Made by a program: the position numbers and the translations under genes | The notes under the pieces: model-generated | The model's input: only the letters and a program-made list of their open reading frames with translations | Told to the model about the DNA's origin: nothing | The model's database searches: none | Part shown: positions 1-8,129 of the stretch, piece by piece | Layout of the letters: the number at the start of each line of letters is the position of its first letter | Position numbering within the stretch: position 1 is the first letter of the stretch | NCBI GenBank assembly: GCA_041303885.1 | Contig: JBFYOJ010000035.1 | Span: forward strand, 1 to 36,725 | Reading direction: 5' to 3' | Source: Acidimicrobiia bacterium | Lineage (GTDB): Bacteria > Actinomycetota > Acidimicrobiia > Spongiisociales > ZC4RG35 | Length of the DNA stretch: 36,725 nucleotides

Positions 1-177
1 ATCCTGAGTTGGACGTTGCCGGCCAATCAGAGATCGATCCAGGTGATGGAGCGTCTCGGGATGAAGCACGCTCCCGATCTCGACTTCGACCATCCCCGGT
101 TTCTGCACGACGACCGTCTGAGGAGACACGTCGTCTACCGGATCACCCGGTCCGAGTGGTCGGAAAGCCGCATCTGA
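1..177 (+). CDS. GNAT-family N-acetyltransferase, C-terminal fragment (5' end outside the window)
   Basis: Frame +1 is open from base 1 to TGA 175-177: ILSWTLPANQRSIQVMERLGMKHAPDLDFDHPRFLHDDRLRRHVVYRITRSEWSESRI*. The N-x-R-S-x-x-V-M-E-R-L-G-M stretch followed by a short tail is the usual C-terminal end of RimJ/RimL-type GNATs. It is absent from the ORF track because it has no start in the window. Confidence 0.5.
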   Translation: MLSWTLPANQRSIQVMERLGMKHAPDLDFDHPRFLHDDRLRRHVVYRITRSEWSESRI

Positions 178-270
178 GGCCAGGTCCCGACGTACTCTGC
201 CCGCCGTTGTCTTGGAGGATGGCCGGGTGTGACATTTGAGACCGAGACCGCGCGCGACTGCACCAAGGTC

Positions 271-387
271 ATGAGGGTGCTTGCAGTCATCTTCATCGTC
301 TGCGTCGCCCTCTGGGCCTCGATCGGTGGTCTCGACCGATGGCTGGCAGATGGGGCCACTTCCGCAGTGCATCTGACAGCCTTCTGA
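271..387 (+). CDS. possible small hydrophobic protein (38 aa), hypothetical
   Basis: ATG271 to TGA385-387 reads MRVLAVIFIVCVALWASIGGLDRWLADGATSAVHLTAF. It has one TM-like stretch and mostly G/C-ending codons. It is below the ORF-track size cutoff, has no convincing SD, and I recognise no family. Confidence 0.3.
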   Translation: MRVLAVIFIVCVALWASIGGLDRWLADGATSAVHLTAF

Positions 388-482
388 TTAGGGCTTTCAG
401 CCGGGGGTGAGGGTAGATCGGCCCTGGTGGGGTCTCGGGTGCCGGCCTATAAGTGAGGGCAGCCTTTCAAAGGAGTTCCGTC

Positions 483-1151
483 ATGGACGTAGTCGACGTC
501 ATGACACGTGATGTGCTGTCCGTGACACCGGACACATCGGTCAGGGAAGCGGCGCGGCTGATGATCGACAATCGGATCAGCGGCCTCCCGGTCGTGGAAG
601 ACGAGGTTGTCGTAGGGATCATCTCCGAGGCCGACTACGTGGCCAGGGACAGCTCGGCGACATGGGTGTCCAGGGTGCTCAACAAGGGTGATGAGGCTCC
701 ACTTTCCGGGATCGAGAAGGTCAGCGATCTCATGAGCCATGATCCGGTGACGATCCCGTCGACGGCCACCGTGCAGGAGGCGGCCCGTGTGATGACTCAC
801 AGAGGTTTCAAGCGGCTACCGGTCGAGGAGGGTGGTCGATTGGTCGGCATCGTCACGCGATCCGATCTCATCCGGGCCTACGTCCGCACGGATGAAGAGA
901 TCGCCGGCGATGCACGTCAGTTGATCGCCGTGCTCCCTGCGCCCCTCTCCGAGGTTCAGGTCGAGGTCAAAGACGGCATCGCGATCCTGACCGGCGAGGT
1001 GGACAACAGTGAGGAGGCTCGACTTCTAACCCGCGTTGTCAGAAGCGTCGAAGGTGTCGGCACGATCGACAACCAGTTGAAGTGGGAGGTCACGACCGAG
1101 ATAGGCGACAGCCCCTGGTCGGCCTTCTCCACCGAAGGTGCTCCCCGCTGA
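483..1151 (+). CDS. CBS-pair + BON domain protein
   Basis: ORF 453..1151. The preferred start is ATG483, 7 nt after AAAGGAG (469-475). It has two CBS motifs (VMTRDVLSVTPDTSVREAARLMIDNRISGLPVV; LMSHDPVTIPSTATVQEAARVMTHRGFKRLPVEEGGRLVGIVTRSDL) followed by a BON-like end (VEVKDGIAILTGEVDNSEEARLLTRVVRSVEGVGTIDNQL). Confidence 0.8.
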   Translation: MDVVDVMTRDVLSVTPDTSVREAARLMIDNRISGLPVVEDEVVVGIISEADYVARDSSATWVSRVLNKGDEAPLSGIEKVSDLMSHDPVTIPSTATVQEAARVMTHRGFKRLPVEEGGRLVGIVTRSDLIRAYVRTDEEIAGDARQLIAVLPAPLSEVQVEVKDGIAILTGEVDNSEEARLLTRVVRSVEGVGTIDNQLKWEVTTEIGDSPWSAFSTEGAPR

Positions 1152-1205
1152 CGTCGGATAATTCCCCGACAGCCACGGCAACCGCTTCATAACGTCATCC
1201 GGGTC

Positions 1206-2234
1206 ATGTCGACCCGAATCGAGCCAATCGACACCAGCGCCGCGCCCGAGGAGACCCTCAGGGCGCTTCATGAGTTGTACCTGGTGAGGGACGAAGAGCT
1301 CGAACCGATCGGCGATCCGCCGGTTCCGTTTGAACAGCGATTGGTCGACTGGCGCAATCTGTTGGAGACCGAGGCCATTCCTCGGTTCGCCTTGTGGGAG
1401 GGGACCCGGGTGATCGCCACCTCGGGCGTCTTCATGGATCTCGAGCAGAACCTCGACAACGCTTTCGGATGGGTCTACGTGCATCCGGATCACCGCGGCT
1501 CGAGCCATGGGAGAAGCGTCGCTGCTCCGATGTTCGACGAAGCCGAGACGTCGGGCCGATCCCGTTTCGCCTTCCAGATCAATCAGGGCCGGCCGGAGGA
1601 GAAGCTGGCCGAGCTGGCCGGGATGAAGCCCGCTTTCACCGGGAAGAGAAGCCGTCTCTCCTTCCCCGAACTCGACTGGTCGCTGATGGATCTATGGGTC
1701 AAGCGCGCCGAAGAACGGGCCGTCGACTACGAGCTCGTCTTCATGCGGAGCCCTGTCGACGATGAGTATCTCCAGCCCTTCTGTGACCTCACCGAGGTCA
1801 TGAACACCGCTCCCCGTGAGGACTACGAGGAAGAGGACGAGGTGATCACGCCGGAGATGTGGCGGGACATCGAGGTCAAGGACGAGGCAAAGTGCAAGGA
1901 TGTCCTCTTCTACGTGGCCCGGCACGTGGCGACCGGCGCGCTGGTCGGCTACACCGAAGTCGCCTTGCCACGATTGCAGCCAGACCTGGCCTGGCAGGGT
2001 GACACCGCGGTCGACCCGGCGCACCGCAACTTGGGGTTGGGCCGCTGGCTGAAAGCTGCGATGGCGTTGAGACTTCGCGAGGAATACCCGACGGTGACGC
2101 GTATCGACACTCACAACGCCGGCTCGAATGCGCCGATGCTGTCGATCAATGTCGAGATGGGCTTCAGCCCGATCTTGATCGAGACGGTTTGGCAGGGCGA
2201 CCTCGCCACCCTGCGACAGCGTCTCTCGGTCTAG
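1206..2234 (+). CDS. GNAT-family N-acetyltransferase, two-lobed (~340 aa)
   Basis: 342-aa ORF. The C-terminal lobe has the acetyl-CoA motif A (VDPAHRNLGLGRWLKAAM) and the GNAT end N-x-x-M-L-S-I-N-V-E-M-G-F. The N-terminal lobe has a degenerate second copy (VYVHPDHRGSSHGRSV). Substrate unknown. Confidence 0.7.
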   Translation: MSTRIEPIDTSAAPEETLRALHELYLVRDEELEPIGDPPVPFEQRLVDWRNLLETEAIPRFALWEGTRVIATSGVFMDLEQNLDNAFGWVYVHPDHRGSSHGRSVAAPMFDEAETSGRSRFAFQINQGRPEEKLAELAGMKPAFTGKRSRLSFPELDWSLMDLWVKRAEERAVDYELVFMRSPVDDEYLQPFCDLTEVMNTAPREDYEEEDEVITPEMWRDIEVKDEAKCKDVLFYVARHVATGALVGYTEVALPRLQPDLAWQGDTAVDPAHRNLGLGRWLKAAMALRLREEYPTVTRIDTHNAGSNAPMLSINVEMGFSPILIETVWQGDLATLRQRLSV

Positions 2235-2275
2235 GCAGGGCCTCCGGGCACATCCATCGGGCCTTTCTCCCCTGG

Positions 2276-2302
2276 TTGACCAGCCTTCGTCATCGCTAAC
2301 TT
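2276..2302 (+). promoter_or_regulatory. candidate PFOR promoter, TTGACC-15 nt-TAACTT, with leaderless geometry
   Basis: TTGACC lies at 2276-2281 and TAACTT (TANNNT) at 2297-2302. The -10 ends exactly 6 nt before GTG2309 and there is no SD in between. The 15-nt spacer is short, so the -35 call is weak. Confidence 0.3.
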
Positions 2303-2308
2303 GGCCTG

Positions 2309-5300
2309 GTGAGCGCTGATCCCAACTACATCACGATCGATGGCAACGAAGCTGCCGCTTCGATCGCGTACCGACTCAGCGAAGTCATCGCCGTCTACCC
2401 GATCACGCCGGCGTCTCAGATGGGTGAACAGGCTGACGCCTGGGCCCTGGAAGGTCGGCCAAATCTGTGGGGTGTCGTCCCCGATGTCATCGAGATGCAG
2501 AGCGAGGCCGGTGCCGCCGGTGCAGTCCACGGTGCGCTCCAGGCGGGAGCCCTGACCACGACGTTCACGGCCTCACAGGGCCTGCTTCTCATGATCCCCA
2601 ACATGTACAAGATCGCCGGGGAGCTGACCCCGCTGGTGATCCATGTGGCGGCCAGGGCCATCGCAACCCACGCACTCTCGATCTTCGGCGACCACTCCGA
2701 TGTCATGGCGGCCAGACAGACCGGCTTCGCGATGCTCTCCTCGGCCTCGGTCCAGGAGGCTCACGACCTGGCACTGGTCGCCCACCTCGCCACCCTCGAG
2801 TCCCGGGTGCCATTCCTTCACTTCTTCGACGGGTTCAGGACCTCGCACGAAGTGGCGAAGATCGAGGCGATCGGTGACGGCATGCTGCGCCGGCTGGTCG
2901 ATGAGGACCTCATCGCCGCCCATCGTCTCCGCTCGCTGAACCCGAACCGTCCTGTCCTGCGTGGGTCGGCGCAGGACCCTGATGTCTTCTTCCAGGCCAG
3001 GGAGGCCGCAAACCCCTTCTACGCACTGGTCCCGCGCATCGTCGAGACGGCCATGGATCGGATCGCGGCGGAGACCGGGCGTCGCTACGGGCTGTTCGAG
3101 TATCACGGCGCACCTGACGCTGAGCGAGTCATGGTGATCATGGGCTCGGGAACTGGCGCCGCAATCGAGGCCGTGGACAAGCTGATCGAGCAAGGGGAGA
3201 AGGTCGGCGTGGTCGTTGTCCGGTTGTATCGGCCATTCGACGTTGCTTCCTTCCTCGCTGTCCTCCCTCCGACTGCTCAGAACCTGGTGGTGATGGATCG
3301 GACCAAGGAACCGGGCGCTGTCGGGGATCCCCTCTATCTGGACGTGGTCACGGCCCTTGCCGAGGGGGAGAGGTCGGCGAACGAGTCTGCCGGACGTTAC
3401 GGGCTGGCCTCCAAGGAGTTCACCCCTGCGATGGTGGCCGGGGTCTTCGAAGAGATCCGCAGTGACCAACGACGCCGTCATTTCACGGTTGGGATCGTCG
3501 ACGATGTGTCCGGCAGCTCGATCGACTATGACAAGGAGTGGTGGCAGGAGCCGGAAGATGTGACCCGAGCCGTCTTCTACGGGCTGGGCGCCGACGGGAC
3601 CGTGGGGGCGAACAAGAACTCGGTGAAGATCATCGGCGAGGAGACGTCGCTGTTCGCTCAGGGATACTTCGTCTACGACTCGAAGAAGTCCGGGTCGCGC
3701 ACCGTATCCCATCTGCGCATATCGCCGAGGAAGATCAGCTCCACCTATCTGATCGCCGAAGCCGACTTCGTGGCGGTGCATCACTTCGACTTCCTCGAGG
3801 GCGACGGAGTACTCGATGTGGCCGGACCGGGAGCGAAAGTCCTGCTCAACAGCCCGTATCCGGCCAAGCAAATCTGGTCGAAGATACCGCCGCCCGCACA
3901 GGCACAGATCATCGAAAAGAAGCTCGACGTCTGGGCAATCGATGCCCTCTCCATCGCCCATGAGCTCGGCCTCGGCGGCCGTGTCAACACCGTCCTGCAG
4001 ACCTGCTTCTTCCATCTCACCGACTTTCTCGACACGGAGGAGGCGGTTGCCGCGATCAAGCGATACATCGGGAAGACATACGGGAAGCGGGGGGAGGTCG
4101 TCGTCCGGCGCAACGAGGAGGCGGTCGATAGAGCCTTGGCCGGTCTCTTCCAACTGCAACCAGGTGAGATCACCTCGGCAGGCAGCGGGGTTTCCACGGT
4201 CCCCGAGGCGGCACCGGACTTCGTAAAACGGGTCACCGCGCTGATGATGGCGGGCAAGGGTGATCTCCTCCCGGTCTCCGCACTGCCGATCGATGGGACC
4301 TTCCCCACCGGGACCGCGCAATGGGAGAAGCGGTCCATCGCCGAGGAGATCCCGATCTGGGATCCGGACATCTGCATCGATTGCGCCCGGTGCGCGCTCG
4401 TCTGCCCGCATGCGGCGATCCGGATCAAGGCGTTCGATCCGTCCACGGCGACACCCACCGGGTTCCTCTCGAAGGACTCGGCCACCGCCGACCTCGAGGG
4501 CTGGCGGATAGTGGTCCAGGTCGCGCCTGATGACTGCACCGGGTGCGGGGTCTGCGTGGATGTGTGCCCGGCCAAGTCCAAGGAGATGGTCAAGCACAAG
4601 GCCATCAACATGCGCCCCATTGCCGAGCACCTCGAGCGAGAGCGGCGCAATTGGAGCTACTTCCTCGAGATCCCCGAGATCGACCGATCGGAAGTCAAAT
4701 CGGTCTCGGTCAAGGGATCCCAGTTCGCCCGACCGCTGTTCGAGTTCTCCGGCGCATGCGCCGGGTGCGGCGAGACCCCGTACCTGAAGCTGATGACCCA
4801 GATGCTCGGCGATCGGGTGATAGTCGCCAACGCCACCGGATGCTCATCGATCTACGGAGGCAATCTGCCGACTACCCCATGGGCCACCAATGAAGAGGGC
4901 AGGGGGCCCGCGTGGTCGAACAGCCTCTTCGAGGACAACGCCGAATTCGGGTTGGGGATGAGGATGGCTCTGGAGGCGCAACGCAAGGACGCGATCCTCC
5001 TCGTTGCCGCGCTCGCCCCCGAGCTGGGAGAGCTGGCCGAGCAAGTCCTCGATGTCGTCGAGCAACTCGACCGCTCCGACCTGGACCGGCTTGTGGCCAA
5101 ACAGCGGGATTTGGTGTCTCGGCTCAAGGTTCGCCTGGCGGGGCTGGAGGGGCCGTTGCCGCGTCGTCTCGAGGCAGTCGCCGACTCGTTGGTCGAGACC
5201 AGCGTCTGGATCGTCGGGGGAGACGGATGGGCCTACGACATCGGCTTTGGAGGGCTCGATCACGTGCTGGCCTCGGGGAGGAATGTGAACATCCTCGTGC

Positions 5301-5872
5301 TCGACACCGAGGTCTATTCGAACACCGGTGGCCAGGCCTCGAAGTCGACGCCGAGGGCTGCGATCGCCAAATACGCGGCCGGCGGCAAAGCCACCGGCAA
5401 GAAGGACCTGGGCCAGATCGCCATGTCCTACGGGAACGTCTACGTGGCGCAGATCGCCATGGGTGCCAATCCGACCCAGACGGTCAAGGCCTTCGCCGAG
5501 GCGGAGCAGCACGAGGGTGTGTCACTGATCATTGCCTATAGCCCGTGCATCGCCCACGGAATCGAGATGGCAACCCAGATGACTCACCAAAAGGAGGCCA
5601 CCGAGTCCGGTTACTGGCCGCTGTATCGCTACGACCCGGCGCGGGAGGACGTCGGCGAGCCGGGTCTCAGATTGGACAGCAGGAAGCCAACGCTTCGCTT
5701 CACAGACTTCGCAAGGAAAGAGGCGAGGTTCGCGATGCTCGGACGAGCCAATCCGGATCGGGCCGCCGAGCTGGCGGAAGCCGCGCAACGGGACATCGAT
5801 GACCGCTGGCAGCTGTATGAGCAGATGGTCAACATCCACAGGACGGCCGTGTACGAAGAGGAAGAGCAATGA
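2309..5872 (+). CDS. nifJ: pyruvate:ferredoxin (flavodoxin) oxidoreductase, single-chain
   Basis: 1187 aa. The N-terminus ITIDGNEAAASIAYRLSEVIAVYPITPASQMGE is typical. There are two ferredoxin-type clusters (CIDCARCALVCPHAAI; CTGCGVCVDVCPAKS), the TPP motif GGDGWAYDIGFGGLDHV, and NTGGQASKSTP. Confidence 0.95.
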   Translation: MSADPNYITIDGNEAAASIAYRLSEVIAVYPITPASQMGEQADAWALEGRPNLWGVVPDVIEMQSEAGAAGAVHGALQAGALTTTFTASQGLLLMIPNMYKIAGELTPLVIHVAARAIATHALSIFGDHSDVMAARQTGFAMLSSASVQEAHDLALVAHLATLESRVPFLHFFDGFRTSHEVAKIEAIGDGMLRRLVDEDLIAAHRLRSLNPNRPVLRGSAQDPDVFFQAREAANPFYALVPRIVETAMDRIAAETGRRYGLFEYHGAPDAERVMVIMGSGTGAAIEAVDKLIEQGEKVGVVVVRLYRPFDVASFLAVLPPTAQNLVVMDRTKEPGAVGDPLYLDVVTALAEGERSANESAGRYGLASKEFTPAMVAGVFEEIRSDQRRRHFTVGIVDDVSGSSIDYDKEWWQEPEDVTRAVFYGLGADGTVGANKNSVKIIGEETSLFAQGYFVYDSKKSGSRTVSHLRISPRKISSTYLIAEADFVAVHHFDFLEGDGVLDVAGPGAKVLLNSPYPAKQIWSKIPPPAQAQIIEKKLDVWAIDALSIAHELGLGGRVNTVLQTCFFHLTDFLDTEEAVAAIKRYIGKTYGKRGEVVVRRNEEAVDRALAGLFQLQPGEITSAGSGVSTVPEAAPDFVKRVTALMMAGKGDLLPVSALPIDGTFPTGTAQWEKRSIAEEIPIWDPDICIDCARCALVCPHAAIRIKAFDPSTATPTGFLSKDSATADLEGWRIVVQVAPDDCTGCGVCVDVCPAKSKEMVKHKAINMRPIAEHLERERRNWSYFLEIPEIDRSEVKSVSVKGSQFARPLFEFSGACAGCGETPYLKLMTQMLGDRVIVANATGCSSIYGGNLPTTPWATNEEGRGPAWSNSLFEDNAEFGLGMRMALEAQRKDAILLVAALAPELGELAEQVLDVVEQLDRSDLDRLVAKQRDLVSRLKVRLAGLEGPLPRRLEAVADSLVETSVWIVGGDGWAYDIGFGGLDHVLASGRNVNILVLDTEVYSNTGGQASKSTPRAAIAKYAAGGKATGKKDLGQIAMSYGNVYVAQIAMGANPTQTVKAFAEAEQHEGVSLIIAYSPCIAHGIEMATQMTHQKEATESGYWPLYRYDPAREDVGEPGLRLDSRKPTLRFTDFARKEARFAMLGRANPDRAAELAEAAQRDIDDRWQLYEQMVNIHRTAVYEEEEQ

Positions 5873-6876
5873 CAGTCGACATGAGCACCAGGTACCTCGG
5901 GTTCGAGTTGAAGTCACCCGTGTTGCCGTCGGCCTCCCCGCTCACCGGCGACATCGATCACATCCTTGCCCTCGTCGAGGCCGGGGCGCCGGCCATCGTC
6001 CTGCCCAGCTTGTTCGAGGAGCAGATCGAGCATGACGCGATGGCGGTTCACTTCGGGCTGGAGCTAGGGGCCGACGGGTTCGGTGAAGCACCGGGCGGGT
6101 ATCTCCCTTCGTTGGACAGCTACAACACCGGGCCCGAGGACTACCTGGAACTGATGCGACGCGCCCGGGCCGAAGCGGGGGTGCCGGTCATCGCCAGTCT
6201 GAACGGAGTCTCTTCGGGGGGTTGGACGCTCTATGCGAGGGTTCTGGAGGACAACGGGGTCGACGCGCTGGAGCTGAACATCTACAAGGTGGCCGCAGAT
6301 GTCGAGATGAGCTCGGCAGACGTGGAGCTCTCTTATCTCCACCTGGTCGAGACGGTTCGCGACGCAGTCGAGCTTCCCTTGGCGGTCAAGGTCGGTCCCT
6401 ATTTCTCGTCGATGGCCTCCATGGCGCGCCGGTTGGGCGAGGCGGGGGCGGACGGGCTCGTCCTCTTCAACCGCTTCTATCAGCCCGACATAGATCTCGA
6501 GACGCTGGGAGTGGCACCGAACCTGAGACTCTCCACGTCGGATGAGTTGAGGTTGGTGCTGCGATGGATGGCGATCCTCCACGGGCGAATCGAGCCCGAT
6601 CTGGCAGCCAGCACCGGAGTCCACGAGTGGGACGATGCGGCAAAGGCCATCCTGGCCGGTGCGACGGTGGTGATGATGGCCTCAGGCCTCCTCAAGCACG
6701 GGCCGCATCGTCTGAGCGAGGTGCAGAAAGGCCTCGAGTCCTGGCTCACCGACAACGATTACGCGTCGGTGGCCCAGGCACGGGGCAGCCTCAGCCAGAG
6801 CTCCGTTCCGGATCCGTCGGCGTTCGAGCGCTCCAACTACATGAAGACACTGACCTCGTACGCCCCGAGCTGGTGA
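5869..6876 (+). CDS. dihydroorotate dehydrogenase-like (PyrD-fold TIM-barrel) flavoprotein
   Basis: 335 aa. ATG5869 overlaps the PFOR stop (ATGA) and GAGGAAGAG lies just upstream. YLGFELKSPVLPSASPL, ALELNIY and LVLFNRF follow the class-1 DHOD / dihydropyrimidine-dehydrogenase-like pattern. The catalytic assignment is not verifiable by eye. Confidence 0.75.
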   Translation: MTVDMSTRYLGFELKSPVLPSASPLTGDIDHILALVEAGAPAIVLPSLFEEQIEHDAMAVHFGLELGADGFGEAPGGYLPSLDSYNTGPEDYLELMRRARAEAGVPVIASLNGVSSGGWTLYARVLEDNGVDALELNIYKVAADVEMSSADVELSYLHLVETVRDAVELPLAVKVGPYFSSMASMARRLGEAGADGLVLFNRFYQPDIDLETLGVAPNLRLSTSDELRLVLRWMAILHGRIEPDLAASTGVHEWDDAAKAILAGATVVMMASGLLKHGPHRLSEVQKGLESWLTDNDYASVAQARGSLSQSSVPDPSAFERSNYMKTLTSYAPSW

Positions 6877-7323
6877 TCAAACCGGGGCGACGACACTCAC
6901 CTCTGGCTCGAGGTGAACCTCAGATTCGATCGAGCGCCCGATGAGGCAGACCCTTTCCGCCTTTTCCAGAAGGCGAAGTGCACGATCGACCTTGTCGGGA
7001 TCCGAGATGACGACGTGGGGGCGGAGTGTCACCTCGGTGATCCGGTACAGGCGGTCCTCGCCGCGTACCAGGAGCCCCGAAGCTGAATCGGCGTACTCGA
7101 CGACATCCACTCCGGACATGTCCGCGATCGAACGGAACGTGGTCATGAGACAGGCGGCGACGGAGGCTACGAAGAGGTGCTCGGGACTCCAGATCCCGGG
7201 CGGTCCCCCGAACTGCGGTGGTGAGGCGACGCTCAAGTCGGGGAGGCCGTCAGGGGACCCCAAGGCGCCCGATTTCAGGCCTGTGCTCTCGATATCCACT
7301 CGATAGGCATGGGTTTCGTCCAT
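6877..7323 (-). CDS. OsmC/Ohr-family peroxiredoxin-like protein
   Basis: 148 aa. SPEHLFVASVAACLMTTF and a second Cys in AERVCLIGRSI match the two conserved Cys regions of the OsmC family. Its stop abuts the stop of the convergent PyrD-like gene (TGATCA). Confidence 0.75.
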   Translation of the reverse strand: MDETHAYRVDIESTGLKSGALGSPDGLPDLSVASPPQFGGPPGIWSPEHLFVASVAACLMTTFRSIADMSGVDVVEYADSASGLLVRGEDRLYRITEVTLRPHVVISDPDKVDRALRLLEKAERVCLIGRSIESEVHLEPEVSVVAPV

Positions 7324-7416
7324 GCGCTAATGGTTAGCCGGGTTTTTGCGGAGACGGCAGCGGCGACCGGCCCGTCGCAAAGGGTCTTTGGGCACATTCC
7401 AGGACCAGGCGTGGGG

Positions 7417-8094
7417 TCACTCTTCGCCCCAACCTTGTGGGGCATCCGCACCTTCGTGCTCCCCTTCGAGACGTGCCACATAGGCGGCGGCCTCGCTGCG
7501 CCGGCTCATCCCCATCTTGGCCAGCAGGTTCGAGACGTAATTCTTGACCGTCTTCTCGGCCAGGAACATCTCCTCGGCGATCTGTTTGTTGGTCAGACCG
7601 TCGGCGATATGAGCGACGATGGTGCGCTCCTGCTTGCTCAGGCGGGACAGCAACGGGTCCTCTTGTGGCCCGGTTCGAAGCCGCTCGAACAGGCGCTCGG
7701 TCATGTCCGAGTCGAGGAGTGACTCGCCGGCTCCCACCTTTCGGATGTCGTCGACGAGGTCGTTGCCCTTCACCCGTTTCAGGACGTAGCCAGACGCACC
7801 GGCCAGGATCGCCGACATGAGGGCCTCCTCGTCCGCGAACGATGTGAGCATCAGGACCTTGACGTCGGGGAAGCGTGAACGGATGTCACGGCACGCCTCC
7901 ACGCCGCTCGCGTCGGGGAGACGCACGTCGAGCACCACGACGTCTGGCTCGTCGTAGCCCACACGCCGAACACCCTCCTCGGCAGTGCCGGCTTCTCCGA
8001 CCACGGTGATGTCGTCCTGGGCGTCGAGCATGGCTCTTATCCCGGCCCGTACGACCTCGTGGTCATCAACGAGGAGGACGCGGAGCTTCTTCAT
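7417..8094 (-). CDS. dosR: NarL/LuxR-type response regulator, DosR/DevR-like
   Basis: 225 aa. The receiver domain is [15 protein letters not shown]...[13 protein letters not shown]...LMLTSF...[11 protein letters not shown]. The C-terminal HTH is [39 protein letters not shown]. From memory this is near-identical to M. tuberculosis DosR ([33 protein letters not shown]) across the recognition helix. Confidence 0.9.
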   Translation of the reverse strand: [225 protein letters not shown]

Positions 8095-8098
8095 CCAA

Positions 8099-8124
8099 CG
8101 AAACGGTAGCCGGGTATCGTTTCG
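8099..8124. promoter_or_regulatory. inverted repeat CGAAACG-N12-CGTTTCG in the 35-bp divergent regulator/kinase spacer
   Basis: Perfect 7-bp arms lie at 8099-8105 and 8118-8124. The arms overlap outward-facing TANNNT hexamers: TATCGT at 8115-8120 (+), 9 nt before ATG8130, and TACCGT (complement of 8103-8108), 8 nt before ATG8094 (-). Confidence 0.4.
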
Positions 8125-8129
8125 ATTCG

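Noticed and set aside
388-405. TTAGGGCTTTCAGCCGGG upstream of the CBS-BON gene as a third DosR-type box
   Set aside because: It matches the recalled consensus at only about 11/18 positions, and the right half-site (GTCCC) is absent. That is too degenerate to call without a genome-wide motif model.
2573-4630. 685-aa ORF antisense to the PFOR gene, with many shorter overlapping ORFs across 2231-5917
   Set aside because: This is a typical high-GC shadow ORF. It is Arg/Gly/Pro/Asp-rich and low-complexity, has no recognisable motif, and lies fully inside a gene whose sense-strand product has unmistakable PFOR motifs.
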